Positions 38,661-48,104 of a stretch of DNA of 64,000 bases are shown here, in pieces. The stretch's first letter is position 1, and every line of letters begins with the position of its first letter. The position numbers and the translations under genes are program-made. The stretch comes from Gemmatimonadales bacterium. Its GTDB lineage: Bacteria > Gemmatimonadota > Gemmatimonadetes > Gemmatimonadales > GWC2-71-9. The DNA lies in assembly GCA_036522875.1 (NCBI GenBank), contig DATDEZ010000102.1, positions 797-64,796 on the forward strand, given 5' to 3'. The notes under the pieces are model-generated. The model made no database searches. It had not been told where the DNA came from and worked only from the letters and a program-made list of their open reading frames with translations.

Positions 38661-39252
38661 TCGTGCGGCGTTGACCCGACGTCTCCACGATATCCACGCG
38701 ACGCAGTAAGCCATCCCGCTTCGCAATCCACACCGTCGCTTCCGTGTAGGGAAAGTCACCGGCGGTTGACCGCGGTGTCAGTGTAATCACATCCACGGGC
38801 CCGTCCGCGACCGAATCGCCGCGGACGTAGCGCGCGGTGTAGCGCTCGCGCGGGTGCTCGACGAACTGCCCGATCAGATTCGGCCCGGTCGTCCCGGTGC
38901 CGGGAATGTCGGAGCGAATCACCTGTCCGGGTGTCGTGCTCGGCGTGTAGAGCCAGAGCTTCTTGCCGTCGGCGACGATGCGGTCGTGCTTCGGCTCCGT
39001 GAACCGCATCGCGAAATAGCTCGGCCGTTGCTCGAAGAGCGTGCCGCGCGTCGTGTCGGGATCGCCGAGCATCGGGTTTTCGACGATTTGGACGAAGTCG
39101 GCCTGGAGGGTCTTGATGGTATCGTAGGCCGCGGAGGCACGATCGAGGATCGCGCCTGGATCCTGGGGGGCCGAGCGGTTGCGTGGTTGAGCGGTTAGGA
39201 ATACCGCAGCCGTGAGGCAACCGCCAAACCGCCAAACCGCCAAACCGCCCAT
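38569..39252 (-). CDS. LolA-like outer-membrane lipoprotein carrier family protein
   Basis: LQADFVQIV...TTRGTLFEQRPSYFAMRFTEP...IVADGKKLWLYTP... matches the LolA fold signature. The signal peptide is encoded by the 8-nt repeat array. Confidence 0.7.
   Translation of the reverse strand: MGGLAVWRFGGCLTAAVFLTAQPRNRSAPQDPGAILDRASAAYDTIKTLQADFVQIVENPMLGDPDTTRGTLFEQRPSYFAMRFTEPKHDRIVADGKKLWLYTPSTTPGQVIRSDIPGTGTTGPNLIGQFVEHPRERYTARYVRGDSVADGPVDVITLTPRSTAGDFPYTEATVWIAKRDGLLRRVDIVETSGQRRTIILRNLGVNHPIAAREFRFSPTGALRVVDQ
39218..39249 (-). repeat. 4 x 8-nt direct tandem repeat (GGCGGTTT x3 plus GGCGGTTG) directly after the ATG of the LolA-like gene
   Basis: The plus strand reads caaccgcc aaaccgcc aaaccgcc aaaccgcc, followed by c-a-t. 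The unit length is not a multiple of 3. Confidence 0.85.
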
Positions 39253-40293
39253 TCAGGCACTCACCGCCGCCGGCTCCGCGACCCGTCGCCCAATGGCTTC
39301 CGCGATGATCCGCACCTCCCGCATCAGCTGCATGAACTGATCGGGGTAGAGCGACTGCGCGCCATCCGACAAGGCGTCTTCGGGATTCGGGTGGACTTCG
39401 ACCATGATGCCGTCGGCGCCGGCGGCCACGGCGGCGCGCGCCATCGGAATGACCTTGTCGCGCAGCCCGGTCCCGTGCGACGGGTCGGCGATGATCGGCA
39501 GATGCGACAACTTGTGCACGACCGGAATCGCCGTGAGGTCGAAGAGATTGCGGGTCGCGGTGTCGAAGCTGCGCACGCCGCGCTCGCACAGAATCACGTC
39601 GCGGTTGCCCTCGGCCAGCAGATACTCGGCGGAGAGCAGCAGCTCCTGCACCGTGGCGCTGATGCCGCGCTTCAAGAGGACCGGCTTGCCGCACCGGCCG
39701 GCAACCTTGAGCAGCGAGAAGTTCTGCATATTGCGCGCGCCGAGCTGCACGATATCCGCGCTTTCGGCGACCCAGCCGAGTCCGGTTTCGTCCATGGCTT
39801 CGGTGCAGATGAGCAGGCCGGTCTCTTCGCGCGCCTTCGCGAGCAATCGGAGACCGGGCTTGCCGAGACCTTGGAATGAATACGGCGAGCTGCGCGGCTT
39901 CCACGCGCCGCCGCGCAGAATCACGGCACCGGCTTCCTTGACCTGCCGCGCTGCCTCGATGATTTGACGCTCGTTCTCGACCGAGCACGGTCCCGCGATC
40001 GCGACCACGTCGGTGCCGCCGAACGCGACGCCGCCCGGCAGCCGGACGATCGTGTTCTCGGACTTCCACTCGCGGCTGACCTGCTTGTAGGGCTGCGAGA
40101 CGTGGATGACTTCGGCGACGCCGGGCAATCCTTCGAGGCGTGACGCATCGACGCGGCCGTCGTTCCCGACGAGACCCACCGCGGTCCGTTGCGCGCCGGG
40201 CATGGGCTGCGCCTGATAGCCCAGCTCCTCGATGACGGAGATGACCTTGTCGACTTCATCGCGCGTAGCTCCGTGCCGCATGACGATCAACAC
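39253..40293 (-). CDS. 3-deoxy-7-phosphoheptulonate (DAHP) synthase, type I-beta with N-terminal ferredoxin/ACT-like regulatory domain
   Basis: N-terminal [25 protein letters not shown] domain, then [33 protein letters not shown]-type motif (IADPSHGTG). Confidence 0.9.
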   Translation of the reverse strand: MLIVMRHGATRDEVDKVISVIEELGYQAQPMPGAQRTAVGLVGNDGRVDASRLEGLPGVAEVIHVSQPYKQVSREWKSENTIVRLPGGVAFGGTDVVAIAGPCSVENERQIIEAARQVKEAGAVILRGGAWKPRSSPYSFQGLGKPGLRLLAKAREETGLLICTEAMDETGLGWVAESADIVQLGARNMQNFSLLKVAGRCGKPVLLKRGISATVQELLLSAEYLLAEGNRDVILCERGVRSFDTATRNLFDLTAIPVVHKLSHLPIIADPSHGTGLRDKVIPMARAAVAAGADGIMVEVHPNPEDALSDGAQSLYPDQFMQLMREVRIIAEAIGRRVAEPAAVSA

Positions 40294-40295
40294 GA

Positions 40296-41078
40296 CTAGC
40301 GTCTCCCTCCATCACCGATGGTGAAGCGGTCGCCGTCCTTCGCGGCCGCGACCGGCCCCTGGAAGCGGGTGCCGGCAAGTCTTGCCGGGTCCGAAGTCTC
40401 TACCGGGGGATAGAAGTGCGTCAAGACTAGCCGCCGCGCCCCGGCCTGCTGCGCCAGGTCGCCCGCCTGGAGCGGCGTCAAATGGATGTCCATGGCGCGA
40501 TCGTCCGGCAGCGAGCACTCCGCCAGTAAGAGGTCGCAACCCGCGGCCCAGCGCGCCAGCTCCGGACTCGGGCCGGTATCGCCGGTATAGACGAGACGGC
40601 CTTCCGGCGCGACCAGCGAGACCGCGACGCTCTCCGTCGTGTGCGGCACGGGGAACGTTTCGAGGCTGACGTCAGCGTTCAGTGGAAACGGCTCGCCGTC
40701 GCGCACGTCGAGAATACCGATCGGAAAGCCGGGATCGAGGAGCCAGTCGCCGTAGCCTTCGGCGAGCGTCCGGACGAGCTGGACCATGCCGGGAGGACCG
40801 AGAATGACGATCGGCTCCTTGCGCGGCGGCTCGGTCGTGTACTTCAGAGCGTAGATGAGCATCGGCAGCTCGCCCCAATGGTCGGGATGAAAGTGCGTCA
40901 CGACCACGTGGGTCACGTGCTGCCACGGCAAGCGGAATTCCGCGAGGCGATGCAGCGACCCCGCGCCGCAGTCGAGCAGCACGCGCAGGTCGCCGCGCGT
41001 CACCCAATGGCAGGGCGCGGTGCGAGCGGCCGATGGGGCGACGGTACCGGTGCCGACCGTGACGAGATCCATACTCAC
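40296..41078 (-). CDS. MBL-fold metallo-hydrolase (RNase Z/BN-like)
   Basis: [15 protein letters not shown] (HxHxDH). 260 aa. GTGA overlap with the S8 peptidase stop. Confidence 0.75.
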   Translation of the reverse strand: MSMDLVTVGTGTVAPSAARTAPCHWVTRGDLRVLLDCGAGSLHRLAEFRLPWQHVTHVVVTHFHPDHWGELPMLIYALKYTTEPPRKEPIVILGPPGMVQLVRTLAEGYGDWLLDPGFPIGILDVRDGEPFPLNADVSLETFPVPHTTESVAVSLVAPEGRLVYTGDTGPSPELARWAAGCDLLLAECSLPDDRAMDIHLTPLQAGDLAQQAGARRLVLTHFYPPVETSDPARLAGTRFQGPVAAAKDGDRFTIGDGGRR

Positions 41079-43327
41079 TTTCCGCGAAAGACGATCCGCT
41101 TGAACACGAGCAGTCCTGGTGCCTTCAGCTTGGCGAGATACACGCCCGCAGGCAACGGGCGGCCGTCATCGGCGCGGCCGTCCCACATGAGTCGGGGATC
41201 GCACAGGCCCGAGCCGCCCGCGTATCCGCGCCCATAGCGGCCGGCGGGCAGGATGGCGGGGAAGTCCGGCCCCGGAACGAAACGGCGAACCCGGTTGCCG
41301 CGCAAATCGAGAATGTCGAGCTCCACGAGCCCGGCAGAAGCGATGTCGAACCAGAGACAGGTCGAATCACGGCCGGGGACCGGAAATGGATTGGGAAAAT
41401 TCTGATAGAGCAACGTCGCCGTCGGAGCGCCGCCGTCGACGACCAGGAATGAACCCTGGCTTCTCACCGCGCTCGTGTCGGCACCGGCGTGAACGATCAG
41501 CAACCAACGATACGCGGTGTTGCGCTCGAGTGGTTGCGGCAGCGTGAAGAACGTATCACGCAGCCCCCCGATCCCGAATTCCGTGAGATTGGTGGCGACA
41601 CGCTGCACGATCAGATCGTACGTGAACGGCCCCGGCGGGGAGTCGACCGCCACGGGCGACCAGCGGAATGTCGGCTCCGTCGTGTCGGTCACGCTGCCGG
41701 CGGGATTGTTGTAGATGAGCAGCGTCGCCCAGGGCGGCACGACGAGGGGACCGACGACGCCGGTGCTGGCCGTATCGCCGGTGTCGCTGCGCCCATCGAC
41801 GCGCCAGAAGATGCGCGGTCCCTTGAGCGGTCGCGACAACGTGGCCGTGGTGGCCGAGCCCACAACGGTATCGGCAACGAGCGCGAGGAATTGGCTATCG
41901 CGTGCGACGCGCAGCCGGAACGTCACGGGCGACGGCAGCGCGCCCTGCGTCCACGAGAACACCGGCGTGATCGTGCCGAGCGGGCTGTTCACGGGGCTCA
42001 CCGGCACCAGTCCGGCGAACGACGCCGCGGTGCCGAAATCGGGCCGTCCCCAGCCGAAGGTCGAATCGGGGGCGGACCGATTCGACGCGTTCGCGCGCAA
42101 CAGCTGGCGGATCGCGATCGGCCCGAGACTCGGGAAGAGACCCTTGAGGAGCACGATGCCGGCCGCCGTCAGCGGCGTGGCGAACGACGTGCCGGCTTCG
42201 CGCAGCAACGTGCCGGGACCGGAGAGCACGCAGACCGCGACGCCGGGCGCCGTGAAATCGGGCTTCAGCCGGCCGTCGGCGGTCGGACCGCGACTCGAGA
42301 AGAGCGCGATGTTGCCGAGCGAGTCCTCGGCACCGATCGCCAGATCGGAATCGGCGTCGGCGGGCGTCCATAGCGTGCGAAACCCGGGACCGTTGTTGCT
42401 CGCCGCCGTGACGACCGTGATGCCGCGCTTCGCCGCGGCATCCACCGCCACGGTCGTTACCGCCACGTCGCCGTTCAAGTCCGACGGCTGGTAGGTGAAT
42501 CCGTTGTCGAACACGAGATACGCGAGGCTCGACGAGACGATGTCGACGCCGATTGAATCGGCCCACTCGAGCGCGGCGACATAGTTGTCTTCTTCGACGC
42601 GCGTTTCGCTGCGCACGTCTTCGGTTTTTGCGAGGAGATACGTGGCGTCGGGCGCGATGCCGCGTAGCCGTCCCGCGAGATTGCCGGCGAACAGCGACCA
42701 GACCGCCGTGCCGTGGAATTGCGCGCCCGCCTGGTCTTTGCCCGCCTCGTCGCGGACGATGGCGTCGTTGAACACGAAATCGTGCTGCGCGAGCACCGTC
42801 ACGCCGCTGAACGCGGAGTTTTGCGTGTCGAACCCCGTGTCGAAGATGGCGACGCGCACGCCGGCACCCCGCAGGCCGCGGTCGCTGAGCGGCCGCAGGT
42901 TCAGGCGGCGATATGGCATCTCGGACGGTCCGTACACGGGATCGCCGCCGGCGGGGCAGGAGTCGGCGACCGAGCCTGGCGCCGGCGCGACGAGCTGCGG
43001 TTCCGACGCGCGATTGCGTGGTACGCGGAAGCGGCCGAGCGGCTGGACGTGCCTGAGGTCGCGATCGGTGAGCAGAACGCGGACCGTGCTCACCGGAACG
43101 TCGGCGCTGACGGCGTGGAGCCAGCGGCTCGCGACGCGCACATGCGCACCGGTCGCGCTCAGCCGGCGGGTCAGGCCGTCCAGCGAGACGCGCGGGCGCG
43201 CGAACAGCCACACGGAAACGGTGGTGTCCTGCACCCGATTCAGCAGTCTGGAGATGGGTGGGGACACGGTGGGTTGCTGTGCGGCCAACCCAGCGGGCAG
43301 GAAAACCATCCAGATGAACCGCCGCAC
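41075..43327 (-). CDS. Secreted S8 (subtilisin-family) serine peptidase with C-terminal T9SS-type/FlgD-Ig-like sorting domain
   Basis: Triad contexts VAIFDTGFD, HGTAVWS, GTSFATPL. C-terminal LLYQNFPNPFPVP...WDGRADDGRPLPAGVYLAKL. GTG 43327 gives MRRFIWMVFLPAGLAAQQ. The ORF extension to 43993 overlaps smc. Confidence 0.8.
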   Translation of the reverse strand: MRRFIWMVFLPAGLAAQQPTVSPPISRLLNRVQDTTVSVWLFARPRVSLDGLTRRLSATGAHVRVASRWLHAVSADVPVSTVRVLLTDRDLRHVQPLGRFRVPRNRASEPQLVAPAPGSVADSCPAGGDPVYGPSEMPYRRLNLRPLSDRGLRGAGVRVAIFDTGFDTQNSAFSGVTVLAQHDFVFNDAIVRDEAGKDQAGAQFHGTAVWSLFAGNLAGRLRGIAPDATYLLAKTEDVRSETRVEEDNYVAALEWADSIGVDIVSSSLAYLVFDNGFTYQPSDLNGDVAVTTVAVDAAAKRGITVVTAASNNGPGFRTLWTPADADSDLAIGAEDSLGNIALFSSRGPTADGRLKPDFTAPGVAVCVLSGPGTLLREAGTSFATPLTAAGIVLLKGLFPSLGPIAIRQLLRANASNRSAPDSTFGWGRPDFGTAASFAGLVPVSPVNSPLGTITPVFSWTQGALPSPVTFRLRVARDSQFLALVADTVVGSATTATLSRPLKGPRIFWRVDGRSDTGDTASTGVVGPLVVPPWATLLIYNNPAGSVTDTTEPTFRWSPVAVDSPPGPFTYDLIVQRVATNLTEFGIGGLRDTFFTLPQPLERNTAYRWLLIVHAGADTSAVRSQGSFLVVDGGAPTATLLYQNFPNPFPVPGRDSTCLWFDIASAGLVELDILDLRGNRVRRFVPGPDFPAILPAGRYGRGYAGGSGLCDPRLMWDGRADDGRPLPAGVYLAKLKAPGLLVFKRIVFRGK

Positions 43328-43338
43328 GGGGAGGGCCG

Positions 43339-46300
43339 CTACACCGGCTCCATTTGGCCGAGCCGTACGCCGACGATCGTCGAGACTCCGGGTTCTTGCA
43401 TCGTCACGCCGTACACGGCATCCGCGGCCTGCATCGTGCGCGGGTTGTGCGTGATCACGATGAATTGCGTCGAGTCCTTGAACTGCGTGAGCAGCCGGAC
43501 GTAGCGGCCGACGTTGGCGTCGTCGAGCGGCGCGTCGACCTCGTCGAGCAGGCAGAACGGGCTCGGCTTGGCGAGGAAGATGGCGAAGAGCAGCGAGACC
43601 GCCACGAGCGTCCGCTCGCCAGAAGAGAGCAGATGAATGCGCTGCGTGCGCTTCCCGCGCGGGGCGGCATGGATCTCGATCTCGCTTTCGAGCGGCTCGT
43701 CCTCGCTCGCGAGCCGCACGTCGCATTCTCCGCCGCCGAACAGCGTCTGGAACACCGAGCGGAAGTGCTCCCGGACTTTGCCGAACGATTCGAGAAACAG
43801 CGCCTTGGCGGTTTGATCGATTTCGCGCGCCGCCTGCTGCAGCGAGTTCCGCGCGGCGACGAGATCGTCGCGTTGCGTCATCAGGAAGTCGAGCCGCTTT
43901 TGCTCCTCGGCGTGCTCCTCGACGGCGAGGGCATTCACGGGGCCGACGGCGTCGATCGCGCCACGCAGCCGGTCGTTTTCCTGGCGCAGCCACTCGATGT
44001 CGCCGGGGACCTCGGGTGCATCGACGAGCAGCGTATCGAGCGGCTTACGCCATTCGGTTTCGACGCGTTCGACCAGACCGCGCTTCCGCCCTTCGACCTC
44101 GGTTTGTTCGAGCTTCAGCCGGTGCTCCTCTTCGCCCAGCGCGGCGAGCGCCTTGCGCGCCTGATCGAGCGCGCCCTCGGCCTGGCCGAGGTCCGCGTCC
44201 GTCAGACCGACGTTCGTCTCGGCGTCCTGGGCGGCGCCCTCGAGCTCGACGAGCGCCACGCGTCGCTCTTGCAGCGCGTCTTCCCACTGCGCGCGCTGCG
44301 TCGTGAGCGTCGCGGATTCGCGCTCGATGCGGGCGATCTCCTCCGCCCGTGCCAGTGCTTGCTCGCGCGAGGAACGGGCCTCGGCATCCGCGCGCGCGGC
44401 GCGATCGGACGCCGCCGCGAGGCGCGCTTCGACCTGCGCCGCTTCGACCTGCCAGCGCACGCGCTGCTCACGCGCGGCCTCCTGCTGCGCCTCGAGGTCC
44501 GCGAGCCCCGTGCGCTCGGCGCCGAGCTGCTCGGCGGCGCGCACACGATCCAGCTCGCGCTCCTGGAGCTCCACCTGCAACGCGCCGAGGCGAGTCTCGA
44601 CCTCAGCGAGTCGCCGCTTCAACCGGTCGACCTGTGCCGCCGACTCCTCGGCCTGGCGGCGCGCATGAATCACGCCGCGATCGGCTTCGCCCTTCTCGGC
44701 GCCCGCTTCGAGCTCGGCGCGCCGCGCGTGCTCGGCGGCCTGGCCCGCGGCCGTCAGCGTCGCTTCCGCGGCGGCGAGCTCACGGACCGTCGTTTCCTCG
44801 GTGAGGTGTGCGCGCTCGCGATTCGTCTGCGCGTCGTGCAGGTCTTTCTCGAGTGCTTCGAGCTCCGCGCGGCGCTGCAGCAGGCCGCCGGCGGCCGCGG
44901 CGTTCCCATCGAGGAATACGGCGCCGTTGGCGCGCCGCAGCGCGCCGGTGCCGAGGACTTCGTGGCCGGCGAGCAGGGCGCGCACCCAGGCGGCCGCCGG
45001 TCCATCGACGCGGAGCTCATCCTTGAGCGGATGGCCGTCGGCTCCGAGCCGCGGGCCGGGGACGCAGGGGAGCAGCACCAGCGGGCCCGGCTGGGTCTCG
45101 GCGTGCCACGCGCGAATCGCGTCGATCACCGACGCGTCGCGTACGAGCACGGCATGCAGCCACTCCCCGAGCAGCCGTTCGGCCAGCTCGGCGTCGCGGC
45201 GGCTGGTGCGCACGAAGTCGGCGAGCGGCCCGAGCACGCCGTCGCCGAATTGCGCGCGCGCCTTGAGCAGCGCCTGTGCCGCGGGCGCGAGTCCGACGTG
45301 CTCGCGGTCGAGCTCGTTCAGCGCGTCGCGGCGCGCTTCGAGCTGCGCGAGGGCGGCCTCGGCCTGACGCCGGGCGGACCTCGCGCTCATCTCCTGCTCC
45401 TGGAGCGCCGCAACGTGGCGGCGCGCATGCTGCAGCGCCTCGACGGCGTGGACGGCGGCCTTGGCGTCGCGCTGCACGCGCTGCGCCGCGGTTTCGGCGT
45501 CCCGCGCCGCTTCGCGCGCCGCGGCGTCGCGCTCGTCGCGCTCGGTCGTAGCCTGGGCCAACTGCTCCTTCAGCTCAGCGCGCTCGCGGTCGAGTGCGCT
45601 GCTCTCGATCTCGAGTGCCCGCGCTGTCTCGGCGCGTCGCTGCAGCCCTTCCTCGAGCTCGCGGACCGCAAGCCGCTCCGCGGTCAGCCGGCCGCGGACC
45701 GTGTCTTCCTCTCCCGTGCGCGCGCCGAGCTCGGTCTGGACGGCGGCGAGGTCACGCTCGGCGGCGGCGCGTTCAGCCGCGGCGGCCTCGTGCTCGCGCT
45801 CCGCCTGTGCGGCTCGCCGCTCGCCCTGCACGCGTTCGTCGGCTGCGGTCTGGCGGCGCTGCGCCGCGTTGCTCAGGCGCTCGGCTGCCAGGGCGAGGTC
45901 GTTCTCCAGTCGCCCGACTTCGAGCCTCGCGTCGGCCAGCCGGCGCTCGACTTCGGTCCGCCGCGCCTCCGCCGTGTGACGCGCCTGCACCCGCGTCTCG
46001 CGCTGCTGCTCGGCATCCTCGAGCCGCGCGCGCGCCGCGGGCAGCTGCTCGGCCATCTCCCGCGCGCGAACATTGAGCGAGCCGAGCGACAGATCGAAGT
46101 CTTCCAGCTCGCGGCGGACGAGCGTCATGGCGACCCCGAACCGCTCCTCGATCATTTTGCCGTAGCGCTCGGCGCGGCCGCGCTGGCGGGCCAGGCTCCG
46201 CACCTGCGTCTGCACTTCCGCGATCAAATCCTCGAGCCGCGAAAGATCGGCGGCGGTCTCCTCGAGCCGGCGCTCGGTGCTCTCTTTCCGGTTGCGATAC

Positions 46301-46806
46301 AACCCGATGCCGGCCGCTTCCTCGAACAACGCGCGCCGCTCTTCGGCTTTCTCCGAGAGCAGCGCTTCGATCATTTTGGCTTCCATGACGACCGCGGCGT
46401 CGGCGCCGAGGCCCGTGCCGCGCAGCAGGTCCTGAATGTCGCGCAAGCGCACCGGCGAGCGGTTGAGCAAATAATCGCTTTGACCGGACCGTGAGAGCCG
46501 CCGCGTGACGACGACCTCCTGATACGCGATCGGCAGGCTGCCGTCGGAGTTGTCGAAGACCAGCGACACTTCGGCGACGTTGACGGGGCGCCGGCCGGTC
46601 GAGCCCTGGAAGATCACGTCTTCCATTTTGCCGCCGCGCAACAGCCGCGGCGATTGCTCGCCGAGCACCCAGCGGACCGCGTCCGAGATGTTCGATTTGC
46701 CGCACCCGTTCGGGCCGACGATGGCGGTGACGCCCTGCTCGAAGGGCAGCTCCACCGATCCCGCGAACGACTTGAAGCCCGAAAGCTCGAGCCTGCTCAG
46801 TCTCAT
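43339..46806 (-). CDS. smc: Chromosome partition protein Smc
   Basis: MRLSRLELSGFKSFAG...GPNGCGKSN Walker A, long coiled coils and hinge, LSSGERTLVAVSL signature, LLDEVDAPLD Walker B. 1155 aa. Confidence 0.95.
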   Translation of the reverse strand: MRLSRLELSGFKSFAGSVELPFEQGVTAIVGPNGCGKSNISDAVRWVLGEQSPRLLRGGKMEDVIFQGSTGRRPVNVAEVSLVFDNSDGSLPIAYQEVVVTRRLSRSGQSDYLLNRSPVRLRDIQDLLRGTGLGADAAVVMEAKMIEALLSEKAEERRALFEEAAGIGLYRNRKESTERRLEETAADLSRLEDLIAEVQTQVRSLARQRGRAERYGKMIEERFGVAMTLVRRELEDFDLSLGSLNVRAREMAEQLPAARARLEDAEQQRETRVQARHTAEARRTEVERRLADARLEVGRLENDLALAAERLSNAAQRRQTAADERVQGERRAAQAEREHEAAAAERAAAERDLAAVQTELGARTGEEDTVRGRLTAERLAVRELEEGLQRRAETARALEIESSALDRERAELKEQLAQATTERDERDAAAREAARDAETAAQRVQRDAKAAVHAVEALQHARRHVAALQEQEMSARSARRQAEAALAQLEARRDALNELDREHVGLAPAAQALLKARAQFGDGVLGPLADFVRTSRRDAELAERLLGEWLHAVLVRDASVIDAIRAWHAETQPGPLVLLPCVPGPRLGADGHPLKDELRVDGPAAAWVRALLAGHEVLGTGALRRANGAVFLDGNAAAAGGLLQRRAELEALEKDLHDAQTNRERAHLTEETTVRELAAAEATLTAAGQAAEHARRAELEAGAEKGEADRGVIHARRQAEESAAQVDRLKRRLAEVETRLGALQVELQERELDRVRAAEQLGAERTGLADLEAQQEAAREQRVRWQVEAAQVEARLAAASDRAARADAEARSSREQALARAEEIARIERESATLTTQRAQWEDALQERRVALVELEGAAQDAETNVGLTDADLGQAEGALDQARKALAALGEEEHRLKLEQTEVEGRKRGLVERVETEWRKPLDTLLVDAPEVPGDIEWLRQENDRLRGAIDAVGPVNALAVEEHAEEQKRLDFLMTQRDDLVAARNSLQQAAREIDQTAKALFLESFGKVREHFRSVFQTLFGGGECDVRLASEDEPLESEIEIHAAPRGKRTQRIHLLSSGERTLVAVSLLFAIFLAKPSPFCLLDEVDAPLDDANVGRYVRLLTQFKDSTQFIVITHNPRTMQAADAVYGVTMQEPGVSTIVGVRLGQMEPV

Positions 46807-48104
46807 GGTGTCCCCATGCGAGGGAGTAGGTTCGCGCGCACACCCGCGCGCTTGAGTGCGGCTTGCGTCAACGCCGCCTGGTCGGGAGTTTCGAACGCGC
46901 CCATCAAAATGGCGCCGTTCGTCCAGCGCACCGCGGGCAAGCCGCGGCGCCGCAGCACGTCGAGTGACGCGTCCGCCGCCGCATGATACGAGTACGGCGC
47001 CCGCAGCAGATCGCCGATGCCTTCCGGCGTCACGCCGCGCTGCCACCAGCCGGCGCGCGCCTCGGCCGCCGCGGACCGCGTCGCGTACGAGCCGGCCACC
47101 ACCCGATACCACACCCGGCCGTGCTCAGTCTGCGCCACCGGCGTCACGAGCGTCGGCACGCCGGCATCCGCGGCCAGGCGGTCGGCTTGCGCGAGGGCCT
47201 TGTCGAGCGACGCGTAGGCCGCCAGCTGCACCGTCCATCCGAGCGTGTCCTGATGAACGGGCTGGGGAGAGAGGGCGGTCGAAGTTGTCGAGGTTGGTCG
47301 AGGTGTTCGCGTTGATTCGGGCGCTGCGGGCGGAGCGACGAATCCTCCCCCTGCAGCGCCCGACTCCTTTGCTCGGGCGAAGAGCGTCCATCCTCCCAGG
47401 CTCACGGTGATGACCAGCCCCGCCGCGAGGACCACACGGACACCGGAGCGCCGACGCGGTTCGGCGTCGATCGCGAGCGGCATGCGGTGCGGTGGTGGCA
47501 GCGGCTGAGCGGGGACGGGGACGGGCTGCGACACGCGAGCCTGCGGCCCGGAAGGCAGCCACCGATCTCGCACGACGCCGAGCAGCGGCAGATCGCGCCG
47601 GAGCGCGAGGGTGCCGGTCACGCCTTCGGGCGCCAGCACGATGACGCCGTCGGGATCGGCGGCAAACTGGGCGAGCGCACCCGGCCGAATGAACACGAGC
47701 AGGAGCGCGCCTTCGGAGCGAAAGCCCGCGTGCAGCTTGCGCCAGCGCGCGTGCGCGTACAAGTCCGGCGCCTTCGCGGTGTCCGTGCCGGCAGGAATCA
47801 CGAAGACGCCGTGCACCTCGTGCGCGGCCTTGGTGAGCGACACGCCGTATTCGAACGCATCCACGATCCCTTCGGTCGTCGGGAGGCCGACGACGGTGTG
47901 CAGCGTGGGATGCTCGAGCTCGAGGTCGACCAGCGCCACCTTCCGGCCGTCGCGCGCGGCTATCCGCGCGATGTCCCACGCCGCCTTCGCGGCCCACGCG
48001 AGGTCGTCGCTCATCGGCGCGAGCGCGACCAGGGTCGTGCTCTCGAGCAGCGGCGGCACGAGATGACCGAGCCGCGAGAGCGGCAGCTGTCGCACGGTAC
48101 TCAC
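46803..48104 (-). CDS. Bitopic protein: degenerate ParA/MinD-like (P-loop-less) cytoplasmic domain, Pro-rich linker, TM, two SPOR-like periplasmic domains
   Basis: ParA/MinD-like layout (LVALAP...GRKVALVDLELEHPTL...VIPAG...) but no GxxGK[ST]. TM is VRVVLAAGLVITVSLGGWTLF. SPOR region is GWTVQLAAYASLDKALAQADRL...VWYRVVAGSYATRSAAAEA. GTG 48104 overlaps the upstream TGA, and the stop overlaps the smc ATG (ATGA). Confidence 0.6.
   Translation of the reverse strand: MSTVRQLPLSRLGHLVPPLLESTTLVALAPMSDDLAWAAKAAWDIARIAARDGRKVALVDLELEHPTLHTVVGLPTTEGIVDAFEYGVSLTKAAHEVHGVFVIPAGTDTAKAPDLYAHARWRKLHAGFRSEGALLLVFIRPGALAQFAADPDGVIVLAPEGVTGTLALRRDLPLLGVVRDRWLPSGPQARVSQPVPVPAQPLPPPHRMPLAIDAEPRRRSGVRVVLAAGLVITVSLGGWTLFARAKESGAAGGGFVAPPAAPESTRTPRPTSTTSTALSPQPVHQDTLGWTVQLAAYASLDKALAQADRLAADAGVPTLVTPVAQTEHGRVWYRVVAGSYATRSAAAEARAGWWQRGVTPEGIGDLLRAPYSYHAAADASLDVLRRRGLPAVRWTNGAILMGAFETPDQAALTQAALKRAGVRANLLPRMGTP

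Noticed and set aside
38756-40069. 437-aa minus-strand ORF in an alternative frame over the LolA-like and DAHP synthase genes
   Set aside because: It is an R/G/A-rich alternative frame. The DAHP synthase and LolA-like frames carry the recognisable motifs.
43354-46494. 1046-aa plus-strand ORF
   Set aside because: It is a perfect antisense shadow of smc. The composition is L/R/A/G-rich and repetitive with no recognisable domain. smc itself has all of its signature motifs.
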